64,000 nucleotides of DNA, taken from the NCBI GenBank assembly GCA_038087875.1, contig CM075978.1:169012001-169076000 (forward strand), written 5' to 3'. Each line of letters begins with the position of its first letter. Within the stretch, counting starts at the first letter, position 1. Below, piece by piece: positions 12,335 through 25,012 of this stretch. The notes beneath the pieces were generated by a model that ran no database searches, was not told where the DNA came from, and saw nothing but the letters and a program-made list of their open reading frames with translations. The DNA is from Malacoraja senta. Lineage: Eukaryota. The position numbers were made by a program, and so were the translations under genes.

Positions 12335-12765
12335 ATGCATCACACAAACCAACACCCTTCCATTGACTCTATCTACACTTCTCACTGCCTCAGCAAGGCT
12401 ACCAGCAAAATCAAAGATCAGTCTCCTCATAGACACTTCCTCTTCTCAGACAAGAGGTACAGATGTGTGAAAAAGCATAGCTCTAGATTCAGGGACAGTT
12501 TCTTCCAACCATTATCAGGCAACTGAACCATACTATCATCAACTAGAGTGGGCCTGACCTACCATCTACCTTATTGGAGACCCTCAAACTATCTTAAATC
12601 AGACTTCACCAGACTTTATCTTGCACTAGATGTTATTCTTTTACCCTGTGTCTGTACACCGTGGACAGCTTGATTGTAATCATGTATAGTCTTTCTGCTG
12701 ACTAAACAGCACACAATAAAAGCCTACCCCTGTACCCCAGTGAACACAACAATAAGCTAAACTAA
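12335..12765 (+). mobile_element. Rex1/Babar LINE 3' fragment
   Basis: PSIDSIYTSHCLSKA..IKDQS...RFRDSFF, then 3'UTR with ACAATAAGCTAAACTAA. Confidence 0.75.
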
Positions 12766-13896
12766 TGAAAAGGTAATAATTTAAAAAAAGCTGCAGGTGC
12801 TGGAAATCTAAATTAAAACAGAAAATGCAGGAAACACTCACAAGGCCAAGCCACTTCTGTGGAAAGAGAGGCTGCTAATGTTTTAGATCAATGGTTTGTC
12901 ATCAGAAATTAGAAGACAATAGAGGCTTGTTGAGCAACAAGGAGGGTGAAAAGTTGAGCTGCCTGAAGGACATATCTTCCATATGGTAGAAACCTGTAAC
13001 AGCTTCCCCGAGGGATCATGAAACTGAAACTTCTTATATTGCCAACATTCAAATAAAAGACATCAGGTGACAATCTGAGGTGTTCATCTACAAGGCCAGA
13101 TATTGAACATAGAGCAATGGGAGCTGATTCTGCCCACGTCAATACAACTTCCCTTATCTGGCATCCCTCCTTCTGCTCCCCTTTCTCCATTTAACATAAA
13201 TGTGAATGTGTTTCCTCAGGAACACTGGCCATTCAAATCTGAATTACCACAGCAACTAAATATAGCAGCATTGCAAACATTATGAAAGTAAACTGGAGGC
13301 AATGTAAATAGCCCCACACATACAACATAATTCTACACAAGGGTTCAAACACTTATACTTACAAATATCCTTTATGTTCTTGTCACCAGTAACCTTGAAT
13401 GCCTATTTTTTATGTCCAATGTGGTCACATCAGGCATTCCCCGATTCACTTTACTGAAGTTGCAATTTGCTGCAATTATTTAGCAAATCAAAACAAAGGT
13501 CACAGCAACTATTTTCAGCTGCAATGACCCACCCAAGCAGGTATTTTTGTGATGTTATACTCCTTTAAAGATACACCATTAGTGCATGTATTGTTGTGTT
13601 GTTGACTCTGTTGCTATGGAGACCTGGGGTAGTTCTCTATTGTAAATACTAAATACGCAATTGTGTCGAATTTGGGCGTGAATTCTCTTTTTAAAATTTG
13701 GCTCTGTTGCTATGAAAGGATACAAATCTGAATTAGATTAGATTTGAACATGCATCCTTTTACAAATCTTAATGTTTATCGTGCACATGTAAATGACAAT
13801 CCTTGTGCCTACTCAGGCTGGACACTATGTAAATACAAAGAACACATATTACAGTAGTTCATTAAACAACCTGTAAATCTCACAGGTAATGTAAGT

Positions 13897-14220
13897 ACAG
13901 TGGAGGCGGGTAGAGCTGCTGCCTCACAGAGCCAGAGACCCGGTTTCAATCCTGACCTCGGGTGCTGTCTATGTGGAGTTTGGAAGTTCTCCTTGTGACT
14001 GCAAGTTCTCCTTGTGACTCTGGTTGCTCCGGTTTCCTCCCCTATCCCAAAGATGTGCGGATATGTAGGTTAATTACCCTCTAAAAAAGTTTCCCCCAAA
14101 ATGTAGGGAGTGAACGAGAAAGTGCGCTAACATAGAATTGGTATGAATGGATATCGATGTTCAGCTTGAACCAGGTTGAGCCTCAGGGTCTGTTTCCAAG
14201 TTGTAACTCTAAACAAAATA
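13897..14220 (+). mobile_element. V-SINE
   Basis: tRNA head, V-domain with an 18-bp internal duplication, tail. Confidence 0.85.
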
Positions 14221-14644
14221 CATTCACAGTGCATTTAAAGCTACAAGTCTCTTCTATTCTATGACATATTTTAATTTTAATTTTGAATGCAATTTCCTCT
14301 GTGGTGAAATGGAAATGTTGTGTGGTCACAGGCAACATTGCACAGCATGGCGCCGTTTGAAATGGCATCAGCATTATCTTATAAATTAGTTCCAGATCTT
14401 AAGAGTAGGACAATTCCAATATTCAATAAGGTGAAATTTACACTGTTGGATCATAACTGGATCAAACACCTGGGCTCTGTACCTCTCAATACGTCTTGTG
14501 AGCAGAAATGTCAGTATTAAACCTATTAACTGAGCTAAAATCTAATCTCTTGTGGGTGAGAGTGCAACACTTCTACCACACTTGACATGAACCAGATTTT
14601 CCCATTTGATCTCCTGTAGTGCCTGCCTCCCAAATTAGGAATAT

Positions 14645-14735
14645 GGAAGGGTCTCGACTGGAAACGTCACCCATTCCATCTCTCCAGTGATGCTGCCTGT
14701 CCTGCTGATTTACTCCAGCTTTTTGTGTCTATTTT
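14645..14735 (+). mobile_element. Penelope-like terminal-repeat fragment (3' half of hammerhead)
   Basis: GAAGGGTCTCGACTGGAAACGTCACCC...GATGCTGCCTGTCC. Confidence 0.75.
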
Positions 14736-15374
14736 AGGAATAATCTGCTCCTAGACTACTTCATCTCAAATGTAAAATCCCTGTATTGTAATGCAAACAA
14801 TGTCAAATTTCCTCGGCTTAAATTATATATTTTCATCAAAGTAAAATGGTAAGATTGTTAAGAAAATCAATAGGTGACAATTGTAAACATCACAATGCAA
14901 GAACATGTCTAATATGGGTCAAAAATATGGGTCAGAAATATATAAGAAATATGTTTTTAAGTTATTCAGTTGATGCATAATATTACTTTAATTTGTAAAG
15001 ACGTTACAGCTTTTGGAATTGCTTATATATCTATGCCCTGTTCCTTTAAATTAAATTAAAGGGATTCAGCATGTTGGCTTCTTTTGTGTCCTGTTATATT
15101 AACGGATTCCTTTCACCAACTTCTATATTCTGGTTGTCTTCCTAAAAATTGTTGTTGTCACAAACAGCTTAGTTATAGTTTTTTTTTACATTCCAGTCCC
15201 TGTCAGTAATTTTATTAGCAGATTAAATGTCTGGGTAAGGAACTATACATGATTGTCAGAGAATTGCTCCCCACATGATATTCCGATGTAAGATGGGGTG
15301 GCTGTGTCATTCTATGTATTGACCTCAATGGAAAACTGCTTGTAAATTTTGAGAGTCAGGTGAGTGATCAATTT

Positions 15375-15650
15375 GAGGGTTCGATCCCAACCTCGGGTGT
15401 TGTCTGTGTAGACCCTGCATATTCCCCCTGTGACACCGTGGGTTTCCTCCGAGTGCTCCGGTTTCCTACCGTATCCGAAAGACATGCGGGTTTGTAAGTT
15501 ACTTGGCTTCTGTAAATTGTCCCCATTGTGTAGGGAGTGGGTGCAAAAGTGGGATAACGTAGAACTAGTGTGAACAGGTGATTGAAGATTGTGTAGTCTT
15601 GGTGGACTGACGGGCCTGTTTCCTTGCATATCTCTAAACTAAACAAAACA
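15375..15650 (+). mobile_element. V-SINE (starts at B-box)
   Basis: GGTTCGATCCC, V-domain, tail. Confidence 0.85.
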
Positions 15651-15697
15651 AAGTAGAGTGAAACAATCTCCAAGAGGTTGTAATATGGGATATAATG

Positions 15698-15990
15698 TTC
15701 AGTTACAGCATGGAATCAAGCTCTTCGGCCCCCCGAGTCCACGCCAACCATCGATCACCTGTTCACGCTAATTCTATATTATCACAATTTCTTCATTATT
15801 CTTCACACATTATAGGCAATTTTAAAGCGACAATTAACCTACAAACCTGCACGTCTTATGAATGTGAGATGAAACTCACAAGGTCAGAGGGGGGACATGC
15901 AAAGTCCATCCAGATAGCACCCGTGGTCAAGTACGGATTTTGATAGTTCTGTGAAGCAGCAGCTTTACCAGCTGAGGCACTGTGCCACCC
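15698..15990 (-). mobile_element. V-SINE
   Basis: Reverse SINE consensus with an internal deletion. Confidence 0.75.
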
Positions 15991-16114
15991 TAAATATTAA
16001 TGTCTGCAGCAGAGTGAAGCCAAGTTTGAAAAGTTCCAAGGTCATCTATCTGATTTGAATCTATCTTATCATAATTGCAAACTTTTATTTACTTCAATAA
16101 TAATTAAAGTTGTC

Positions 16115-16575
16115 ATTAAGCTGGAAAGAGTGCAGAGAAGATTTATGAGGATGTTGCAAGGACTCCAGGGCCTGAGCTAAAGGAAAAGGTTGGGCAGGCT
16201 CGGACTTTATTACTTGGAGCACAGGAAACTGAGGAGTGATCTGAGAGGTGTATAAAATCATGATGGGAATATATAGTTTGAATGTGCAGAGTCTTTTACC
16301 CAGGGTAGGGCAATCAGAACAGGAGGATATAGGTTTAAAATGAGAGGGGAAAGATTTAAAAGGAACCTGAGGGGCAATCTTTACATTCTGAAGGCGGGGG
16401 ATATATGGAACAAGCAGCCATAAGAGAAGGTACAACATTTAAAATACACTTGTACAGGTAACTGGATATGGACTAAACACAGGCAAATGGGACTAGTTTG
16501 GATGGGGCATCTTAGTCAGCATGGATGAGTTGGGCTGAAGGGCCTGTTCCTGTGCTGTATGACTCCATGACTATA
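16115..16575 (+). mobile_element. CR1 LINE 3' fragment
   Basis: LERVQRRFMRML-like remnant through the (CTATGA)-type tail. Confidence 0.85.
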
Positions 16576-17044
16576 ATATTTTAAAAGTGTGCAAACTTAA
16601 TTTTCTTCTTGCTCAAGAATACTGGAAATTCTGGCTCACCGTGGCTGCTTTTATGAACTGGGTGTACCTGCGTTTTTTTCTTTGCCTACTGACTACTGTC
16701 AAATATCAACCAGATGGGGCCTCAGAACAAGAGCAACGGGCAAGGCTTTTCTCTGGCAAAGTGCACTAAGGAGGGAAGAGCATTTGCCTACAACCTGCTG
16801 AGTGTTCACAGAATAATGTTTTTGCATTTTCTAGGAATAGACTATTAATTTGTACCAACCATTATATGGGAAGGGAGTGTTAGCTTAGAGAGAAGCTTAG
16901 TCAAGGTAGCATTTGAAAAATAAAGTGACAAGGTAAAGTCCAAAAGCTTCACTTTTTCAACTGCTCAGATCTACTAAAACGTTTTTATGATTCAATTGAT
17001 TTATGCATTGTACTATCATAAAGTTACAAGGTTTTTAATGGTAC

Positions 17045-17297
17045 CTTTTCTCACAGAGAGTTGTGAGTCTGTGGAATTCTCTGCCTCAGAGGGCGATGGA
17101 GGCCGGTTCTCTGGATACTTTCAAGAGAGAGCTAGATAGGGCTCTTAAAGATAGCGGAGTCAGGGGATATGGGGAGAAGGCAGGAACGGAGTACTGATTA
17201 GGGATGATCAGCCATGATCACATTGAATGGCGGTGCTGGCTCAAAGGGCCAAATGGCCTACTCCTGCGCCTATTGTCTATTGCTATTGTCTATTGTC
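17045..17297 (+). mobile_element. CR1 LINE 3' fragment (young)
   Basis: ACAGAGAGTTGTGAGTCTGTGGAATTCTCTGCC...(CTATTGT)n tail. Confidence 0.9.
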
Positions 17298-17721
17298 CAA
17301 ATAGTAAGATATAATGTCTTTGCATAATGTCTGACATCTGCCAATTCAGTTGCCCAGTGCACTAAACTGTTCCATTCATTTCACGTTGATGACAACTGTG
17401 CGATGCTTTCATTTATTCATCTTAAACCTGCCATTTGTTGGCTTAATGAACAACTTATTTAAATCCTTCCTCAAACCAGTTTTCACATTTTGAGTAGTGT
17501 CTGGCACCTGCTCATCACAGTTCAAACTGCTGCCTTTCAAGTGTCAGAAATAATGAGGTTCTTTTGATTGTCCTGAGCTTCAAAGGTGCTGACAAAATAA
17601 GCACACAGAAACCTTCCTTCAAACTCTCATACCCCTACACTGTTGCTGTTGGCAGGACAGTCTGTAACAAAGAGGAACAGATTTAATGTAATTATGGAGA
17701 GAAACAAACTATGACAGGAAG

Positions 17722-17910
17722 AATAGACACAAATGCTGGAGTGACTCAGCGGGTGAGGAAAGATCTCTGGAGAAATAAGGATAGGTGATGTTTTGGGTCG
17801 GGACCCTTCTTCAGACTAAAAGTAGGGGGTTGGGGATACAGGGCGATTGAAGAGCTGGAGGCAAAAAAAGACCAGGACCAACCAGGGCCAACCGCAAAAT
17901 ACCTCAGAAT
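17722..17910 (-). mobile_element. Penelope-like terminal repeat with hammerhead core
   Basis: Minus strand reads GTCTGAAGA-A-GGGTCCCGACCC-AAAA-CATC-ACC (both CpGs of CGAAACG decayed). Confidence 0.75.
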
Positions 17911-18044
17911 ATCTTTTTGTACTACAATTTTGTGTGAAATTGGTCAGCCCTTACAAGCATTAAAGAATATTGGATAGATACTTGAAGAGCAAAGATTCGC
18001 AAGACCATTGATAGCTCTGTAAATGAACTGACTAACTATGATAA

Positions 18045-18245
18045 AAAGACACAAAGTGCTGGAGTTACTCAATGGATCAGCCAGCATCTCTAAAGGACAT
18101 GGAAAGGCAAAGTTACAGGCCAGGAAGAAGGGTCCCAACTTTAAATGTCATCTCTCCCTGTTCTCCTGAGATGCTGCCTGACCTGCTGAGTTACCCCAGC
18201 ACTTCATGTCTTATCTGTAAAACTATCATTTGCAGTTCTTTGTAC
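18045..18245. mobile_element. Penelope-like foldback fragment
   Basis: GACACAAAGTGCTGGAGTTACTC inverted against GAGTTACCCCAGCACTTCATGTC; degenerate GAAGAAGGGTCCC core between them. Confidence 0.7.
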
Positions 18246-18454
18246 CAGCATAACCAACTATGATGTAGCCTCTCAAGGTGTAAAATTCTACAAATTAATG
18301 TTTTATATTCCCATCATAGCTGGAATATAGTAGTAATAAAACAAAATTAATTATCTAATTATTCTCAGTATTATCAGTCCCTCAACTCCTTAGTTCCAAA
18401 TATATAAAATTATGAGAGTCATAGTGGTGTGGACAGTCAGAACCTTTTTCCCAG

Positions 18455-18884
18455 TGGCGACACAGTGGCAGAGCAGTAGAGTTGCTGCCTTACAGAACGA
18501 GGGACCCAGGTTCGATCCTGACGATAGGTGCAGTCTGTATGGAATTTGTACATTCTCCCTGTGACCTGTGTGAGTTTTGTCCGGGATCTCCGGTTTCCTC
18601 CCACACTCCATTGACATACAGGTTTGTAGGCTAATTGGCTTGGTATACTTGTAAACTGTGACAATAAACAAACCTTGAAACCCCTTGAAACCTTTTTCAG
18701 GGTGCTGTGATTTCCTCCACATTCCAAGGATGTGCTGGTTTTAGGTTAATTGGCTTCTGTAAATTACTCCTGGTGTGTAGGATGCAAAACTGGGATACCA
18801 TAAAACTAGTGTATGGGTGATCATTGGTTAGCACAGACACGGTGGGCCGAAGGGCCTGTTTCCATGCTGTATCTCTAAATTAAA
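18455..18884 (+). mobile_element. Composite V-SINE with internal Rex-type tail, inserted in a CR1 relic
   Basis: CCCAG duplicated at 18450-18454 and 18885-18889; CR1 sequence resumes on both sides. Confidence 0.75.
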
Positions 18885-19086
18885 CCCAGGGTGGAGATGT
18901 CTAACACTAGCGGGCATAGCTATAAGGTGAGAGGGGGACAGTTTAATGGAGATGTGTGAGGCAAGTACTTACACATATAGTCGTGGGGGCCTGGAACCCA
19001 ATTCCAGGGATGGTGGTGGAGGCAGATATGATAGTGGAATTTAAGAAGCTTTTAGATTGGCACATGGAAGTGAAGGGAATAGAGGG

Positions 19087-19410
19087 ATTAGTTTAGGTTA
19101 GTTTAGTTTAGAGGTACAGCATGGAAACAGGCCCTTCGGCCCACCAAGTCCACACCGACCGACGATCACCGCACATTAACACAATCATACACACACGAGG
19201 GACAGTTTACAATTATACCAAGCCAATTTGCCAACAAATCTGTATGTCAATAGAGTGTGGGAGGAAACCGGAGTTCCCGGACACAACTCACACAGGTCTC
19301 GGGGAGAATGTACAAATTCTTTACTGTACAAGCATCCGTAGTCAGGATTAAACCTGAGTCTCTGGTGCTGTATAGCAGCAACTCTACCGCTACACCACCA
19401 TGCCACCCAT
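19087..19410 (-). mobile_element. V-SINE inserted in a CR1 3' fragment
   Basis: Full reverse SINE with (TTTAG)n tail. Confidence 0.9.
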
Positions 19411-21594
19411 GGACAGGGATATGGATCATAGACAGGCAGATGAGATCAGTTTAACTTGGCATCATGTTCGGCACAAACATTGTGGGCTGACAGGCCTGTT
19501 CATGTGCTGCACTGTTCTATGTTTTATATTCCATTCTTTGTCTTCACTGGAGACAACGTCATTGAGTCTGCTTTGAATTGCCAATTGTAATTGAAGTGAT
19601 GGAACACGGTAAAATACTGTGATTTCATTTCCTGAAGACCTGCCTGATTTAACTGAGCAGGTCAAATCATGCAGTAAAGGCAGTGTCCAATAAATATGAC
19701 TGCTGGTCAAACAAATATTCTGGCCTCATTTAATTTCTGGCATATCTCCTGGGTAGAAATAAGCAAGATATTTGTTTTGACTCACAACACGTTTTAATCG
19801 ATAGCCCGTTTGTGTACAATGACCCACAATGGCTCCAAATGTAAGATGTTTTTAATGAAGCAAAGCATGCCAGTATTCAAAGCATACTTAGGCAAATTAC
19901 TTGTCTGATGACAGCTTTTGTTAAGGCGACCAGTTTTCTTTGAAGTGGTGGAATAAGCAATGTTCTTCCAACTCACTTATTCAAATTAGCTGCTTTCAAA
20001 ACGTTGAGCGAAATGTAAATATTTGACAATACATAATTTAGATTTATGGGTTTGCAATGTTAAATTGAAATGCTCCAATGGCTATTTGCTTTACACTGAG
20101 TAATATTTAGGATTCCTGAAGATCTTTCTTTCTTCAGATTGACTCTATACCCTCAAACCACATTATTCCTTTATTTCTTTCATGGTAAACACTCGTTTGT
20201 ATTTTATGTTATAAATTGCACAAGGAGAAAACTGATGAAAGCTTTTTACTGGGTATAATGGAGTCAAGTACAACAAATGTGATTTGGGAATTCATATGTT
20301 TGGACAAATTGCTAAAGTGCTCTGAAGTTAATGGAAATATTTGTAACATGAAATATAGAAGTTATTTGTATTCATGCAAGAGACGGAAGTAATAATCTGA
20401 ATAAATATTAAACTTTACTAACGGACATAACATGGTTTGGTATTTGTACATTTTTCAAGACGCCATGGCCAGTAGTTAATGAATGAAGTAGGCTTTGGAA
20501 GTCTAGACTGCAATTGTATCAATATATCCAGACCTCTGTCACATCTTGCTTCAGGACAAGCTATTTCACTCTCTTTAATGGACGTACAAGACGTAGATAT
20601 TTAGATATTTACCCTCTAGTGGCCCTTGTACGACCAAATTTGAATTGTTTTTCAAGGTACTGTGGGCGGATGGTACACCAACACGTAATGATGTAGGGAA
20701 TTCATGACATGAACAAAAGATTGACTGACACAGAGCAAGTTTTCCACATCAAGATAAAATCTGGGCGTTCTAAACATGGATGGTGTGTCAGAGCATGGTT
20801 TATTCCATGATTAACCAAGGGTAGATCCGTCCATTGGAAGAGTAGAGATGTCTGTAGAGCTTTGGCTACATTCCAAAGATGTCAATTTGATTTACGCTGC
20901 ATTGGTGTGGTTGAAAATAGTCTGAGATGAAGTATTTATGAAGATCTGTCTAGCCCATCAGTACAGAATTGGGTGCGGTGCTCCTTTGCCTTAAAGGAAA
21001 CCCTGTGCTTATTGAAGCTGTCGAAGGGCTGAATCAGTTAAACAGAGTCATTCGCAAACAAAATGTTACAATTTATGGTGGGGGAAACTGAACACAAAAC
21101 TGGGGAGTCATTCCTTCACATATGTATGTCTTTGGTGAGACCACATCTGCAGTATTGGGTCTGGTATTGATCTGCATGTTTAAAGCAGAACATTAAAAAA
21201 ATGTTAATGCATTGAAATCAATTCAGATAAGGATTACTATTCTACACTCGTAAGTCAGTGGAAGCGGTGTCTCGATATATATTTTTATTATATATTTTAT
21301 TATATTTAGAAGATGTTTGATAAGCAAAGAAGTGGAAGGTTACTGAAATGTGGAGTAGATCTTATTAAATGGTGGAGCAGTCTTGAGAAGCTGAGTCCCT
21401 AGAGCTGCTCCTAATTCATATGTTTGTGTTTTGCCGCTCGTTGTTATTCATCTGGATAATTTTATGCAAAAAATTCATCCTTTGGAGATTTTTTATTTTT
21501 TCCTAGGTTTAACAGTGTACCTTAGTTTATTGTCACGTACTGAGATACAGTGAAAAGCTATTGTTGCATGCTAACCAGTCAGTGGAAAGACAAT

Positions 21595-24500
21595 AGGGAA
21601 GTCAAGGATAGTGTTAAAGCCAAGGAAGAAGCAGATAAATTGGCCAGAAGAGGCGGCAAACTGGATGAAATTTAGAACTCAACAGAGGAGGACAAAAGGG
21701 TTAATAAAGAGGGGAAAAAAGAGCATGAAAGAAAGCTTGCGGGGAATATAAAATCTGACTGTAAAAGTTTATTTAGGTATGTAAAAATGAAAAGATTAGG
21801 GAAGAAGAATGTAGGTCCCTTACTATCAGAGACGGGTGAATTTATATTGGGAAACAAGGAAATGGCAGAACAGTTAAATGAGTACTTTGGCTCTGTCTTC
21901 ACTAAGGAAGACACAAACAATCCTCCGGAAATACTAGGGGACCGAGGATCTAGTGGGAGGGAGGAACTGAAGGGAATCCACATTAGTCAGGAAATGGTGT
22001 TAGGTAAACTGTTGGATCTGAAGGTAGACAAATCCCTGGGGCCTGATGGTCTGCATCCCAGAGTATTCAAGGAGGTGACCCTAGAAATCGTGGATGCATT
22101 GGTGATCATTTTTCATTGTCCTCTCCACTCTGGATCAGTTCCTGTGGGCTGGAGGTATAGCCAATGTAACTCCAGTTTTTAAAGAAAGGAGGGAGAGAGA
22201 AAACAAGAGTCAAGAGTCAAAAGTGTTTTATTGTCATATGTCCCGGACGGGACAATAAAATTCTTACTTGCTGTAGCACAACAGAATATGTGAATATGTA
22301 AATATTGTACATAATGGGGGGAAAAAAAGAAAAAGTTCAATAAATAACAAATATAGTGCAAATAACAAATAATAATATAGTATTTTGCAGATCAGAGCTC
22401 ATAGCTTATTTGTTGTGTTTAATAGCCTAATGGCTGTGGGGAAGTAGCTGTTCCTGAACATGGACATTACAATTTTCAGGCTCCTGTACCTTCTTCCTGA
22501 TGGCAGTGGTGAGATGAGTGTGTGGCCAGGGGGTGTGTGTCCTTGAAGATTTTGGCTGCCTGTATGCAGGAAAAAGTGGCACCGCTGAATGGTCGGATTT
22601 TCCAAAGGCGATAGGCGTCTTTGATGGTCGTGTAGCAGTGGTAAAGGGTGTTTGATCCTCTGGTGCTGCAGGAGACATGTTGGTGGAAGTTAGGGAGCGA
22701 TTTCTTCAGGTTACCTTTGTTGAAGTCCCCGGCTAGGTTGGTAAATGCCTCGGGGTAGGCTGTCTGGTGCTGGTTGACCATGGCGTGCAGCTCCTCCAGT
22801 GCCAGACGGACGTCTGCCTGGGGTGGGATGTAGACCGCGGTCAGGATGATGGAGGTGAATTCCCTCGTTAGGTAGAAGGGACGGCACTTCACCGCCAGAT
22901 GTTCGAGGTGTGGAGAGCAGGAGTTGGACAGGACTGCCATGTCTGAGCACCACGAAGAGTTAACCATGAGGCAGATGCCCCCTCCTCTCCCTTTCCCAGA
23001 TACCAGTGTACGGTCCATGCGATGGATGGAGAACCCTTCCGGCTGGACCGCTGAGTCTGGGGAGCTGGGGGTGAGCCATGTCTCTGTGAAACAGAACACA
23101 GAGCATTCCCTCAGCTCCCTTTGGTAAAGCAGTCTTGACCTTAAGTCCTCCACTTTGTATTCTAGTGACTGTATGTTGGCTAGTATGATGGTAGCGAGAA
23201 GGGGCTGAAGTCCCCTGTGCTTCAGTCTTACTTGTAGTCCTGCCTGACAACCACGTTTCCGTACTCCATGAAGACCTCCTCGGTGTTTACAGGTACAGTA
23301 CTTACGAGTCTCCGCGAGGTCAGGGATTCCCCTGCAATCGGAAATTCCCTTACAGTCGGCACCTCCAGCTCCGTTGCTGCTGGGAGGTCCTGCCCGACGG
23401 CCTCGATTCCGGACTCCATGAAGGCCTCCCCAGTGTTTACAGGTACAGTACTTACTGTACCTGCGCGCCTCCGCAAGGTCGGGGATTCCCCTCCGATCGG
23501 TGATGTCCTTACAATCGCTATCTTCGGGAGATCGCAGTAGCGCTAATGCATTAGCAGCTTGCTACTTATATCATTGATTTCTGCAGATTCTTTAATACAG
23601 GTGAGCTCAGAAATACTATATTTGAAGATTTTCTGCTTGAACAGGGAATTATGGACCAGTTAGCCTGAGGAGAAGATGCGGGAGTCAATTTTGAAATATG
23701 TTTTACAGTGCATTTGGAAAGCAGTTATGGGATTGGTCAAAGTCAGCATGGATTTATGAAGGGGAAATCATGCTTGACTAATCTTTTGGAATTTTTTGAG
23801 GATGTAACAAGTAGAATGGATGAGGGGGAGCCAGTGGATGTGGTGTATCTGGACTTTCAAAAAGCCTTTGAGAAGGTCTCACACGAGAGGTTAGTGTGCA
23901 AAATTAGAGCACATGGTATTGTGGGTAGGGTATAGACATGGATAGAGAACTGGTTGGCAGACAAGAAGCAAAGAGTAGGAATTAATGGGTCCTTTTCAGA
24001 ATGGCAGGCAGTAGCTAGTGGGATGCCACAAGACTCGGTGCTGGGGCCCCATTTGTTTACAATATATATTAACGATTTAGACGAGGGAATTAAATGTGAC
24101 ATCTACAAGTTTGCGGATGACACAAAGCTGGGTGGCAGTGTGATCTGAGATGAGGATGCTATGAGGCTGCAGAGTGACTTGGATAGGTTGGGCGAGTGGG
24201 CAGAAGCATGGCAGATGCAGTATAATGTGGATAAATGTGAGGTTATACACTTTGGTGGCAAGAACAGGAAGGCAGATTATTATCTGAATGGTGTCAGATT
24301 AGGAGAAGGGGAGCTGCAATGAGACCTGGGTGTGCTTGTACATCGGGCACTGAAAGTAAGCTTGCAGGTACAGCAGGCAGTGAAGAAAGCCATCATTGCG
24401 AGAGGATTTGAGTTTAGGAGCAAGGAGGTCCTACTGCAGTTGTACAGGGCCCTGGTGAGACCGCACCTGGAGTGTTATGTGCAATTTTGGTCTCCTAATT

Positions 24501-25012
24501 TGTGGAAGGACATTGTTGCTATTGAGGGAGTGCAACGCAGGTTCACCAGGTTAATTCCCGGGATTGACATATGATGAAAGAATGGGTCGACTGTGCTTGT
24601 ATTTGCTGGAATTTAGAAGGATGAGAGGGTATCTCATAGACACATATAAAATTCTGAGAGGATTGGACGGGGTAGATGCAGGAAACATTTTCCCGATGTT
24701 GGGGGTCCAGAACCAGTGGTCATAGTTTATGAATAAGGGGTAGGCCATTTAGGACTGAGATGAGGAAAAACATTTTCACCCAGAGATTTTGAATCTGTGG
24801 AATTCTCTGCCACAGAAGGCAGTGGGGGCCAATTCACTGGATTTGTTCAAGAGAGAGTTAGATTTAGCTCTTAGGGCTAAGGGAATCAAGGGATATGGGG
24901 AAAAAGCCGGAACGGGGTACTGATTTTGGATGATCAGCCATGATCATATTGAATTGCGCTGCTGGCTCAAAGGGCCAAATGGCATATTGCTGCCCCTATT
25001 TTCTATGTTTCT
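21595..25012 (+). mobile_element. CR1 LINE about 2 kb, 5'-truncated, interrupted by Rex1 at 22206-23639
   Basis: EMAEQLNEYFGSVFTKED, GPDGLHPRV, QHGFMKGKSCLTNLLEFFE, YLDFQKAF, FADDTKL, RPHLE; stops and frameshifts; 3'UTR and TTTCTATG tail. Confidence 0.95.
22206..23639 (-). mobile_element. Rex1/Babar LINE, internally deleted (5' region + endonuclease joined to 3' end)
   Basis: ORF 22476-23153 carries APE motifs (CFTETWL, GRGGGIC, AVYIPP, GDFN); 3' piece PLPSGRRYRSL..FRNSYFPTAIRLLN; TGACAATAAA + (CTCTTGA)n tail; AACA on both flanks. Confidence 0.9.

Noticed and set aside
20150-21110. Unique, compositionally balanced stretch that looked like decayed coding sequence
   Set aside because: The frames I translated had frequent stops and no recognisable motif; a BLASTx would be needed to exclude a pseudogene.
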